From the NCBI GenBank assembly GCA_002633005.1, contig NMRA01000016.1:1525860-1589859 (forward strand): 64,000 bases of DNA, in the 5' to 3' direction. Each line of letters begins with the position of its first letter. The first letter of the stretch is position 1. Shown one piece after another: positions 14,047-27,300 of the stretch. The stretch is from Phoronis australis (taxonomy: Eukaryota; Animalia; Phoronida). The notes under the pieces are model-generated. The model ran no database searches. It was not told the origin of the DNA and worked only from the letters and a program-made list of their open reading frames with translations. Position numbers and translations under genes: made by a program.

Positions 14047-16338
14047 AGTTCAATACAATTTTTTGCAAATGCACTCTTTGTGTCTACATGCCCCCTAGGT
14101 GTATTTGGATTTGTTTGTGTGTGGGCTTTTCTGGAGAAAATCGAGTTAATTTATTTAATAACAACTGTATTATGTTTTTAACAGTTCTTGCATTATGTGT
14201 CTACTGTTATTTCTTTGATATTAGTTTTGTTTGTGAAATTTTATTTCATTGTCTAATTTATGTTTCTGTTAAAAGTGTGAATGTCCGACACAGTTCATAA
14301 TATAATTGAAATTGTTAACATTTAATGTGAATTGGGGTGGTTTGAAGAAAATGTTAGAAAATATGTTGGTATAAAATGGCAAATGTAATTTGTAAGTACC
14401 ATGTTATGGTATCAATTAATATGTAATTTTAGTAAATACCATGTTACGATATCAAATGATAATGTATTTTTGTGACGACAGGCACATCATTTTTTGACAT
14501 TCATTATTGTTTATGACAGTTATGACGGTGCAAAATGTTGGAATACAGCCCTTTTAGGGTCATTTCTATTACAGTAACTGTTAACAAATGTTACAATTCT
14601 ATACAATGTTAAACGAGTACTCAATGAAAAGCAACTTCGTGGTAAAGTGAATTCATGTACTTGAATGTACTATCTATTGTCAGAACATAACAATTACATG
14701 ACATGCTTAAGAATTAAATTCTGACAGTGAATGTGACAAGTTTGTTTTTTTGTGACTAAGTCAATCTCAATATGGCGTGGAAAATATGTTACAAACATTT
14801 AAGTCATGCCAGCACGCCATCTGTTGGCATGGTATTATATTCATTAGGTCACGTGACATGGCCAACAGATAGCGTGCTGGCACGACTTAAATGTTTCCAA
14901 GTTCGTTTTTATAGGTCTCCAATGACATCTGAAGCAAAGAATTCTGTTCTTCAAAAACTATTGACATGTACTAAAAATTGGGTACCCGAACAGGATTCCC
15001 TTTAAATCAACATTTTCCCATTTAACATGTGAGGCTAGAGAGCAAAAATTGAATTGTGCACATTTTACTCTCATAAAATCAGTCCAGTAACATTTCTTAC
15101 CATGATGGGATTACATTGTTTTAACAGGCGATGTGTTCATTTGCCATTTTCAGATTGGCAAGTTTAGGGTTGGCCAACCCCAGTATAGTCTGTTTCTATT
15201 GTCGCTGGTGGTTTCAGTGTTCTTGGTAAAGGAAACTGCAATCCTGTAGGCAAGAAATATTACGAGACCGATTCTATGACAGTAAAGTACTAACTAAAAT
15301 TCAATTTTCGTTTTTAGCCAGCTAAACCAAGCGAAGTGCAGTTTAAGTTGATTCTGAAGAAATGTGCTCTTGAGATGGACATTTACCTGGATTGTTAATG
15401 AAATGTACTACGGATCTCTTTGCGTGTTGTTCAATAATCTATATCCAAAATTCTCAAGATCAACCCTTGAATAACACTACTTTATAGATTCCACTTTTAA
15501 TAACATAACACACTACCTTTGTTACGAAGGATTGAATTTCATGAATAAACTTTTAAAAAGTATTAATTGTGCACTCCTGCAATCAAATATTTTAAAAATC
15601 TTTGTCCAAGAGTTAGCAATGACGCGACTGCGTTTTCCTAGAACATGACTTTTTGCGGAGATCGATGCACCTTACACACAGGCAAGATTTTTTTCTTTAA
15701 TCCATTTCTGGGAATTTGTTTTTCACCTTTTTACCGAAAACTCTGTATTAAAAGATCAAGACTTCAATTTTTTCAAGGAGTTCTTCATGTTTTCATTTTT
15801 GAGAGTGGAGTTCTTGAAAATCTCAGACATGGTTAACAGAAGTGGTTTAAAGTAACACACATACATACAATTAAATAATAGTGTAAAATTTATTCTACAA
15901 ATTGATCCTTGGAAACGAACGTATGGAAAATTTTTACCACTAAACCTTTTTGCACACAGGTGACTGTTTGGAACCAACACTTGGGATACTCAGGTACAAG
16001 TAAGAATAGGTGATCACGTAAAAAAGTTATAAAGAGCCAGATATCTATAAGAACTGTTTCCCACCTGTTCTACCAAAATACAGGAACAAAAACTTCATGT
16101 AAGATTGTTTTCATCAAAATATTAGAACACAAATGTGACGAAATGTAAGTAAACTATTGAGAAAAGATGTAGAAATCTGAAAAGGTGCACACACTGAAAT
16201 CTCCTGTTTGGCACAACTGAGCAACGAGACCTCCACACGTGCACTTGACTGGCCAACTACTTCCACTGTGACTTGTACGGCTGCGTGCGAGGTCATAAAT
16301 GCATTCATTATGTCCATTCTGATAGTAAAGTTTGAGTG

Positions 16339-17364
16339 CTATGATTGTGATAACAGCCTTTGTAGACTTTCCATCTTGTAGAGACTGAAAAAACAATAAG
16401 TACTAATGGTAAAGTGATTCTGAAATGGCTTAATGTACATATCTGTCAACGTCAGATGAAGTGCTGTCAAAACGTTAATAATTATATCTTTCCCTACAAT
16501 AATAACGTGCACAGAGACAATGCTGTAATAATCCTTTAAGCCGACGATAAAATTGATCTGAACCCTGAATAGTCGAGTGACTATGGTTTCAAAGCAGACA
16601 TTAATTTCAAATTTACAAGATTTATCAAAACTTGCTTGATCAAGTAATTATCAGTCAAACCAATGTCCACTTGGTTGTGTAGGGGATACACTAATCATCT
16701 ATTTGGCTATTAACCTGTGGTAAAAATTCCCCAGTTTGCGACATTCTCTAAGCTTAAATCAAATTTTCTTGATTCTAAAGATTGGGACATGGATGATTTT
16801 GGTGTTTGTCATATCTCTCAGACATCGGACATTGTGTTTCATGTCAACAGAGACTGAAATCTGACTTGGCAGTTCATAAAACCATCTAAAATATCTGCCG
16901 ACGTAACATTTTAGTGCGTTCCCGTGTGTGAAACGCCGATGTGAATAATCGTTTGTTGTTGATCACAACTCCTGATTTGGGACAGACAATATTTCCTATT
17001 TCTAAAAGATGGCACAAGCTCTTGACTTGAGCGAAACAATAGATTTTCAGTGTTCAAGACTGGATAATTTTAACCACAGCCCAAATATTGCAGTTTATGT
17101 TGTTTCTATTGAGTGGATGTAGTCTAAGATTTTATTTATTTATTATTGTGATATTTAAAATGAGGGTGGCCTCTTCAGTGATAGCACTGCTTTCCAAGAG
17201 GGCCCTTTTTGAATTTATAGGACAGAGAAAAAGAACGTCTCCTTACTCAGCGATGGCTCTGCCTCCCTTTTCTATCACAACCTGTCGTGCTAGGCCCTTC
17301 TTCGCAGTCAGATCACTCAGGAAAGCACCATAGGCAACAGCTACATCACGGTCTACGTTGGAGT
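16339..17364 (-). pseudogene. NCDN: Second copy of NCDN last two exons (17247-17364, 16339-16384); probably allelic or assembly duplicate
   Basis: Same peptides as 19239-19356 and 18332-18377; stop is TAG here and TAA in the other copy. Confidence 0.75.
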
Positions 17365-17882
17365 CTGAACAAAAACGGTGAACACGTGATGTTCACATGA
17401 CAATTAAAGTAAAGCTTGCGTAAGTTGGATTAATACAAATCCGACTNAACCCTTGAATAACACTACTTTATAGATCCCACTTTTAATAACGTAACACACT
17501 ACCTTTGTTACGAAGGATTGAATTTCATGAATAAACTTTAAAAAGTTTATTCAAAGTATTAATTGTGCACTCCTGCAATCAAATATTTTTAAAATCTTTT
17601 TCCAGGAGTTAGCAATCACGCGACTGCGTTTTCCTAGAACATGACTTTTTACGGAAGTCGATGCACTTTACACACAGGCAAGATTTTTTTCTTTAACCCA
17701 TTTCTGGGAATTCTTTTCACCTTTTTACCGAAAACTCTGTATTCAAAAATCAAGACTTTCATTTTTTCAAGGAGTTCTTCATGTTTTCATTTATGAGAGT
17801 GGAGTTCTTGAAAATCTCGGACATGGTTAACAGAATTGGTTAAAAGTAACATACATACATACAATTACATAATAGTGTAAAA

Positions 17883-17888
17883 TTTATT
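17883..17888 (-). terminator. Candidate NCDN polyadenylation signal (duplicate at 15889-15894)
   Basis: Minus-strand AATAAA ~450 nt after the stop, followed by a TGTATGTATGT GU-rich tract. Confidence 0.45.
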
Positions 17889-18331
17889 CTAGGAATTGAT
17901 CCTTGGAAACGAACGTAAGGAAAATTTTTACCACTAACCTTTCTGCACACAGGTGACTGTTTGGAACCAACACTTGGGATACTCATGTACAAGTAAGAAC
18001 AGGTGATCACGTAAAAAAGTTATAAAGAACCAGATATTTATAAGAACTGTTTCCCACCTGTTCTACAAAAATACAGGAACAAAAACTTCCTGTAAGATTG
18101 TTTTCATCAAAATATTAGAACACAAATGTGACAAAATGTAAGTAAACTATTGAGAAAAGATGTAGAAATCTGAAAAGGTGCACACATTGAAATCTCCTGT
18201 TTGGCACAACTAAGCAACGAGACCTCCACACGTGCACTTGACTGGCCAACTACTTCCACTGTGACTTGTAAGGCTGCATGCGAGGTCATAAATGCATTCA
18301 TTATGTCCATTCTGATAGTAAACTTTGAGTG

Positions 18332-18377
18332 TTATGATTGTGATAACAGCCTTTGTAGGCTTTCCATCTTGTAGAGA
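18332..18377 (-). CDS. NCDN: NCDN terminal coding exon
   Basis: tttcag|LYKMESLQRLLSQS-TAA; resembles the vertebrate C-terminus (HYRMAALEQCL). Confidence 0.8.
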
Positions 18378-21300
18378 CTGAAAAAACAATAAGTACTAAT
18401 GGTAAAGTGATTCTGAAATGGCTTAATGTACATATCTGTCAATGTCAGATGAAGTGCTGTCAAAAGGTCAATAATTATATCTTTCCCTACTATAATAATG
18501 TGCACAGAGACAATGCTGTAATAATCCTTTAGCGGACGATAAAAATGATCTGAACCCTGAATTGTCGAGTGACTATGGTTTCAAAGCAGACATTAATTTC
18601 AAATTTACAAGATTTATCAAAACTTGCTTGATCAAGTAATTATCAGTCAAACCAATGTCCACTTGGTTGTGTAGGGGATACACTAATCATCTATTTGGCT
18701 ATTAACCTGTGGTAAAAATTCCCCAGTTTGCGACATTCTCTAAGCTTAAATCAAATTTTCTTGATTCTAAAGATTGGGACATGGATGATTTTGGTGTTTG
18801 TCATATCTCTCAGACATCGGACATTGTGTTTCATGTCAACAGAGACTGAAATCTGACTTGGCAGTTCATAAAACCATCTAAAATATCTGCCGACGTAACA
18901 TTTTAGTGCGTTCCCGTGTGTGAAACGCCGATGTGAATAATCGTTTGTTGTTGATCACAACTCCTGATTTGGGACAGACAATATTTCCTATTTCTAAAAG
19001 ATGGCACAAGCTCTTGACTTGAGCGAAACAATAGATTTTCAGTGTTCAAGACTGGATAATTTTAACCACAGCCCAAATATTGCAGTTTATGTTGTTTCTA
19101 TTGAGTGGATGTAGTCTAAGATTTTATTTATTTATTATTGTGATATTTAAAATGAGGGTGGCCTCTTCAGTGATAGCACTGCTTTCCAAGAGGGCCCTTT
19201 TTGAATTTATAGGACAGAGAAAAAGAACGTCTCCTTACTCAGCGATGGCTCTGCCTCCCTTTTCTATCACAACCTGTCGTGCTAGGCCCTTCTTCGCAGT
19301 CAGATCACTCAGGAAAGCACCATAGGCAACAGCTACATCACGGTCTACGTTGGAGTCTGAACAAAAACGGTGAACACGTGATGTTCACATGACAATTAAA
19401 GTAAAGCTTGCGTAAGTTGGATTAATACAAATCCGACTAGTGTGAGTTTTACTGTACACAAATAATTTGAAGTGACATTGCCTCATTACTTATCACCTAA
19501 AATGCAACCAGGTTACTCAGATACACAATGCAGGTCTCAAATCTTTCCGTTCAATGAAAGAAATGGGTTTTGGCAACTGAAGTAAGAAGACTTCCAAAAT
19601 GCCAAGAACCTTTTGTGGGTTGGCCAACCCATCCAACATTGAAACACTTGATATTTAAACACAATAATACGTTGTTTAAGCAACAATTTAGAATTGTTCA
19701 AAATATGCCCAATAAAATGATTTTATTTACCCAAAGCCCCCTCAGGCCAACAAATGCCAAGAACTTTGCTACTGCCACTGTCATGTTCATTATTTTTTTT
19801 CCAAAACAAGAACTACAAATAACTACACAATACCAGAGATTAGTTTAGTAAAATAGTGCAAAATGCAATCTATCTTTATCAGTGTATACCAATCCCTAGA
19901 ACTAGCTATAAATAATTAAATATTAAGAAGCAAGATTTCAATTAAAATAAACTAAACAAAAAAAAATTATTTACCTTTGGCATCGCTTAGATGTTTCAAA
20001 AGTGAGGGCACCCAGCCTGATTTAAGTATTAGATGAGGCAAATAGGCGAACCGCTCTATGCAGGATGCTAGGGCTGAAAAAAGAGACTTGTCACCAATTT
20101 CAGAATAAAAGGAAATTTACATATGAACTGACAGAAAAGTTCTATGCAACTTCAAACCTATCTTCTGAAAACAAAAAGACATCAAACTAAAACGCTTCAA
20201 ACTTGTAAGACAAAGCCCTTTGTGATCCTAGGTGTTACAGTAAATGTACTTAGAAAAAAAATATAAAGGGAACTGTCCATCTTTCTGAAATCTTTAAAAC
20301 TTCAGCAAATGATTGTCCACTTCCAAGACAAAAAAGTAAGTTATTTTCTGGATCCTCCATGATCGAAAAATTTTGCTTAAAATGTTAAACCATCCTTTAT
20401 AATCAATTGACTGCCATTTTGAAAAATAGTGTTGCTTTTCTGCTTAGAAGATGAATTTCTAAAAACCTACATAGCACAACTTCGTGTTTGAACTATATAG
20501 TCAATCCATACGAACGGAACAGGGTCTTATCCTCAAACGCCCAAGGTCGTTATTGATGGATGTTACTCGAGTGCAAATTAAAAACCTGAGACATGGTTCC
20601 CTCATCTTTTAACCATAAAATATAAAATGTAAAATTTCACGAAGATCAATATGGAAAACTGCTCAAAGCATCAAAAATCAAAAGGACTGAAAATGGTCGA
20701 TACGATTTCCCTCGCAAAAGAAATCAACCAAAGTCATCCTTAACTGTCTGTATACTTGGCCCGTAAATAATGGGTTTAAGGAATTGTTACGAGTGGTGAA
20801 TAGGTAACTACTAATCAGACAATGTATGAATATTAAAATTTTAAGAAAAAACGTCCACGAACGTAAACAGTAATTGGCTTTAAGTTAAAGCAATCAGTGA
20901 ATTATAATGAAACTTCTGAACAAGGATGGCTGCTGGCCCAAATAATTGGAAACTAGTAAGTTTTATAACTGAGAAAGACAAATTGGCAATCAAATGAGCA
21001 GTACAGATGTGCTAGGCATAGTTATTGTTCCCTTCAAAATTGTTTTGTTATTTGCATCTTGATCTCTAGCAGTTTACGAGGCTGGTGGTTTTCAGGCTTT
21101 TGTTGACAGGGTGCAAAAACAATTCATAGAAAACCAGTCTCAGAAACGTTGCAAAAACGATGAAAAGTTCTTCATGATCAGACTCCATTCACCTTGCATT
21201 CCTAGGAACCACAGATCTGAGAGTTGGCCCCACAGGCCTCTGTAGTCATCTGCCAAAATCAGCCCCCTTTCAGGGTCCCCGGAGACATGCGCCCCTGACT

Positions 21301-24300
21301 GGAAGTGGATGACTGCATTGAACAGACTCTCACAATCACTCTGCGGAATATCTGAAAACAAAAACAAAATTGATTAGCACTAATAATCATTAGGAATAAA
21401 AAAAATCAAAATTGCAGATACTACTTGATACATACGAGAGAGTAAACGACTAGCAAAAGCATGCAGACCAAGGTCCAGAATCAAACTCAGTCTTGTCACT
21501 TAACCGATCACACTGTATATCACTAAAATTACTGTAGAAATTTGAACTTTACTCAAAGCGTAGTTGGTCAAATTTCAAATTGTTTTGATTACGGAGATTG
21601 GGCCCCTGGCTCATATGAAATTATGAAATTTTCTCTTTAAGGGGAAGTAACTGTTTTTGATATTACTTTTAGTAACAAGAGCAACGCAGAGCGTTGAAAT
21701 GCAGGCATGACTGCAACACAAAAAAATGATGTGCTTCTACTGGCATTTATCAGTATCACAAAAAATAGCCAACAGATGACACAGAATACATAAAACACAT
21801 CCAAAATGGAAAGGTGTCGTAGTTTAAGGGTTTAGGATACACAGCGACAAATACAAAAAATGTCCCTAGGGAGCAACAGAATAGTTGCACCCACCTGAAA
21901 ACCAATGACAACCATGGTGTTGACAGTAGGAATACATCTGCCAATTTTCATAATGATCCTCTGAGCAGTTTGGCGAATATAGATTGAGGCAGATGATTCA
22001 AAAAATAATAAAATGGCCACTAGGCAGTGCAGAATACGTAAAGTTCATTCCAAAATGGAAGGATATTATCACCACCATAACAGAAAAGTGTTTACCAAAT
22101 TTCATTCAAACCGTCAAAGAACACTGAAGATACAGAGGGAAACATAAACACTGTAATTGCCTCTAGAGGGCACAGTGATAAGCAGACCGTCCAAAGGTCG
22201 TAGGCAGGCATAGTCACATTTGCAGTATAACACTAGCAAAACTTCCCAAATATCATTCAATGAAGATACAGCCGAGGACGCAAAAAAACAAAAAGTACCA
22301 CCAGGAGAAGCCACACCCATCCAAATAATGATCCGCTAGGCAGTTCGGTGGATGAAGATCCTGTAAGGGGTTTAGGAGATACAGTAGTGGACGCCAGACT
22401 CCCAGACAGAGATGATGACAACATACAACCACACTTCAATATGTGGGCGCCTAAAAATGCAGATCCCTAGATATCTTGGAGAGGCATGGTCTGTTTTAAT
22501 TACTGTACCTTGGCCAGTATGTACTAACCATTGACGAAAAGGCCATAAATGGTCCAACAAAAGCCCCACACCATGGTTCAACAATCACTTCCATTGAGCC
22601 AACATGAATGACCTGCACAGACTATGTTCAATGGGAGTAGGAAATCGTGTTTCCTCGACCAAAAGTGAATGTAAAACCAAGACAAGCGCCCTTTGCGTCA
22701 GCTTCTATTGTTCCACGGAGGGTAAATATACGCCAGGGCAACAGTGATTAACAAAGAAAATGCATTTCCAAGAAAACCACGGAGCTGCAATTTTTACTAA
22801 ACATAACACCAAAATCAGTTGCCTCCCCTGTTATTAGTTATATCCCATATCTTACCGAGGTTCTTCGACTGTAGTCTGATCATCATCATACTGAGGACAG
22901 TGAAGTTGCCCACCAACATCAGGTTTGTGTGATCATAGGCTGAAATGTTCAATGAAAATGAACAGTTTTCCATATTAAGCTAACCTGAAATGCAAAGACG
23001 TTTTTCTAGCCTGATTTCCATGCATCTTGTCCATATTATACAATAATGTTCCTTTATTGCTACATTTTATTTCCATCACTGCTAAGTATATAAAAATCCA
23101 TAGTATGAACCCTGTCCAGTACATAACAAGTGCAATCATTACGAGATTTAGATTGGAAGGCTTGCGAATGAGCCAACTAGAACTGCTTTAGACATCTTGT
23201 GTGGTCCCATATTTGCAGATGGTATAACTGACACAAAAAGAATGGAATATTTAAGGTTTAGGTATTCGGCAGGAACAGAATTAGACAGAGGTAATGGTCT
23301 GTCTGGGGAAACCCGTGAACGACAAGCTTAACACAATAAACACAGTATTCATATCAGGAGTTGAATGCACTTAATCTTTCAACAACACAGCAAATCATTG
23401 ACAATACACTATTCTGACAAATTTCCACGCGTGGACCTCTCGTTGATCTGTTTCAAATTAGTACCAGTGTGAGATTTCATTTTGTTCAGTATTCCAATTT
23501 GAGACGACTGTAAATGACAACTTATACCACGACTAAGTGTTACCTAGAATCGGCAGGACGGACGCAAAGAACTTCAGAAGATTATGAAATACTGGATTCT
23601 GAGCCACCATTCTGTGTTCAAAGATGCCGAAGTTGAGGAAAATGCCACAAATCGTGATCATGGCTATCTGCAACCAAACACAACACGTTGCAATACAGCA
23701 GAAAAATTCTCCACTTATTTCGCACAGAAATAATAATTGTCAAAATGGTTATTTTCCATTTTTCAACGACTTAGAAAAGTTTGTTTGATGACATCTACAC
23801 ACTACAAACCATGCTAATTGTAATTGACTGAAATGGAAACAGTTGCTGATCATGAACACAAGAAGCCATTTACCTATAATTCTTGTGGCGTGTTCTGTTG
23901 TGCTGTTCCCATGGAAACAGACTCTCATCGTGAACCCGAGAAACCAGTTACCTTATAATCCTTGTGGCGTGTTCTGTTGTGCTGTTCCCAGAGAAACTGC
24001 ATGTATTCTCCTAGAAGTACGTGTCCTTTGTTCTCTACAAGAATGGCCCTAGAGTTGTCTTCTGAAGAGAAGTGACACAGAGAGGGAAGAAGAAACCGCA
24101 GCAAGTCTACTGTCGTCGAGAAGTCGGGCTGATCTGATGTGCTCTGTGTCGGCACACTGCTCTTTACTGTTTCAAAGTTCTCTCTACTGTTAAGGAAGAA
24201 ATTACGGGAAAAATTATTCAATTACAGAGAAGAAAATGTTTAAACAATATTGATTTTTTCTAAACAACGGCAGCTTACAACTGCAATACAATCTCCAAAC

Positions 24301-27300
24301 TTACATTCCAGGATTCCATCACAAAAAGAAATTGATGACAAACTGTTCCTTCATCAAACTGTAAGTGACTTCAGAGCTTTGAAAGTACTGGTAGTTCTCT
24401 ATTGCTTGAGACCAAGCTGCGCAAGTTTGCTTGCCACGGCGTGCTTATTTTACGCACAGAGAATGTTTACAATTAAAGTAGTAAGGCACTGCGAGATCTT
24501 TAAAAAACCCAGAAATTGTTACTAATCTAGGTAAGAAGCAAGTTGAGACCAATTTTATAGCAGCAAAAGGTCAAAATCAAAAGCAGATGAGTTTATAGCC
24601 ACTTTAAAAATTTCAAGATTTTGACCTCAAACTTGGATTATGCGCTCATCCACATAAACCAGAACATTCTTGAGCACAGAATTACAGTTCACACCCAAGT
24701 AGAACCATAAACACCAAAACTACATTGCAGTTCAAATTCAGAGATTGAATTGTCGGTCAAGGTCAATTGAACATTATATCTGCCATGGGCTTCTTCACAT
24801 TAGCATATATCTACAAAACGCTTTACATTTTAAAGATTGCAGTACATCACTGCTTACTTTTAACAAGATTTTGACAAGCCCAGATGACCAATCAATGTCT
24901 TACAGCAACAAAACAAGAACACCAGTCAACTGATTTCACATTCACAGTTTTCCGATAAAGAGAGAACCCAAATGTTGTGACGTATGTAATTGAGAGATAA
25001 AAAAACCCATGAAGCACTAACTGCCTTGAGTTCTTGGAGGCGACTCTAGTGGCGCGTAAAATCAACAAACGTCACCACTACCTCCCCAAAGAAACTGTGC
25101 ACTGAAACTAATCATAAAATGCATTTCAGGAAAAACGTGGTTCTGTGTAGGGCTTTAAATTAACCAAATTTATGATGTATCATATTGTTCTATTGTAAAT
25201 GTGACTGAAAGCCAAAGGTTAAACAAGAGGCTTAAAGTCAATATGTTTAAATAAGGACCATACCTTCATGCTACCCTTACCAGGTTTGTAATAAATAAGG
25301 ATCATACATAAGGACCATACCTTCAAGCTACCCTTACCAGGTTAGTAATAAATAAGGACCATACCTTCACGCTACCCTTACCAGGTTTGTAATAAATAAG
25401 GACCATACCTTCAGGCTACCCTTACCAGGTTTGTAATAAACAAAGATCATACCTTCACGCTACCCTTACTAGGTTTGTAATAAATAAGGATCATACCTTC
25501 AGGCTACCCTTACCAGGTTTGTAATAAATAAGGATCATACCTTCACGCCTCCCTTACCAGGTTTGTAATAAATACCTTCACGCTACCCTTACTAGGTTTG
25601 TAATAAATAAGGATCATACCTTCACGCTACCCTTACCAAGTTTGTAATAAATACCTTCACGATACCCTTACTAGGTTTGTAATAAATAAGGATCATACCT
25701 TCACGTTACCCTTACCAGGTTTGCAATAAATAAGGAAGTAGCTTGTACACTTCATCCTTTAACGCTGAGGTTTCTTCTGCAAGCCATGCACTGAGAACTC
25801 GTACTGTGCTATATTCTAACAGCTGACCAATCTAGAAATGGGTAATGAATGAAATGTATTCTGACATCTCAGGAACGAAGATGAATCACATTTTCGAAGT
25901 TTGACTTCATACTAACAGGTCTTGACTTGAACGCTTCATGAAATGAAAAGATTGCTGTTTAAAAATGACTATTAGTAAGTGTACCTTGAAATAACAAGCA
26001 GTAAAAACACAACATGGCTGTCTCATGAAAGCTGCTCTTACATAAAAGCTGTTTTGGCACAGCAAAAATTACTTCACAAATTGAAAATTTTAAGTGGATA
26101 TCAACAGGCAAAAGAATTCAGCACAATCAAAGGTGCATTTTTGTGAGAAACCAAAATCCAATATTTACAGTAAGAATGGATCAGTCAGACCAGACAATAT
26201 TGAAGCAATTTTATTTTAAAAATTTTGTGAAATGAAACTCAATTGCACTTTTTTAATCTTAAACTCAATGAACTCAGCAGGACTTCTTTTCCTACAAGAA
26301 TAGATCCTGTTACTTACGCTAAACAGCGATCCTCACCTTATGCTCCCTGTTGGCTGATAGATCAGTCAGGAAGTGGATGACAGCATTGAAAGCCCCAACC
26401 ATGGCTGAATGAAGCTGCTTGAAGCGTTTGTCATCCAGGTTCAGGGTAGGACCTTCAGTCATGTAGTTGATGATGTGTTCTAAGAGTGCATAGCACGTTG
26501 TCAGCAAACCTGCTTTGTCATTGATCTGTGAGATAGAAATGGGAGAAATGGAAATGAAAAGCCAGATTTTTAGGAAATACATAGATGAACAAAATAATGC
26601 AACACATAATTTGTCTTTAGAATAGTGCAAAATTATTTATTAGTACCTCATCAACGTTTTCTTGCTAATACGTGCTATTAAAAACAATGCTTTAAATAAA
26701 TGTGAATTATCTCAATTCACGGAGACATTCTTTCAGCTTTTATCAATGAAATTTCACTCAGCTATGTCCGTGCTGTGCTAGAGACTAATGGTCCAAGGGT
26801 CTGTCTCATGAAAAGTGACTTAAAGTGACTTCAGACAGAAATTTAGTCGCTCCCTCTTCACTCTTGGGATTTGCATTTTTACCAAACGTAACATCAGGAA
26901 TGGCTGCATTCCCCTTTGAGACTCAAATTTGCATGTGTTACCCTTCAAGGTAATTAAAGACCCTAAAGTACCTGTTCATGTGAGCAGTTCTCCAGTGTCA
27001 TCCTGATCTCTATACATGTTAAGTGAACAAGAAGTAACAGGAATTTACGACCGTCTTCAACAGGCAGTTGATCATTACCCATAATCCAACGTAGACCCAG
27101 GCACTCTATCATTGCTGAGGCTAAGTGTAGGGCACTGCTCCTTTGTTCGGCACCTAGACACAAACAGTGGCACCACATAATGGCTGTTTTGTGAACTAAT
27201 CAAATACAACACTTTTACAATAAACTTTACCAAAATCATAGAAAATAACTGGCCAAAATTTCAAGTTATTTGAAACAGGGCTTGGAACGACCAATGACAA

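Larger units (their letters stand above)
15462..19438. repeat. ~2 kb direct duplication (15462-17446 / 17448-19438) separated by a single N
   Basis: Both copies start AACCCTTGAATAAC and end AAATCCGACT; N at 17447 lies exactly at the junction; each copy contains the last two NCDN exons and the 3'UTR. Confidence 0.95.

Noticed and set aside
11650-15461. Short ORFs between PDE2 and NCDN
   Set aside because: AT-rich 3'UTR or intergenic sequence with no protein motifs or splice-consistent structure.
25248-25736. CRISPR-like array
   Set aside because: Units are contiguous with no unique spacers, there are no cas genes, and the context is a eukaryotic intron; it is a minisatellite.
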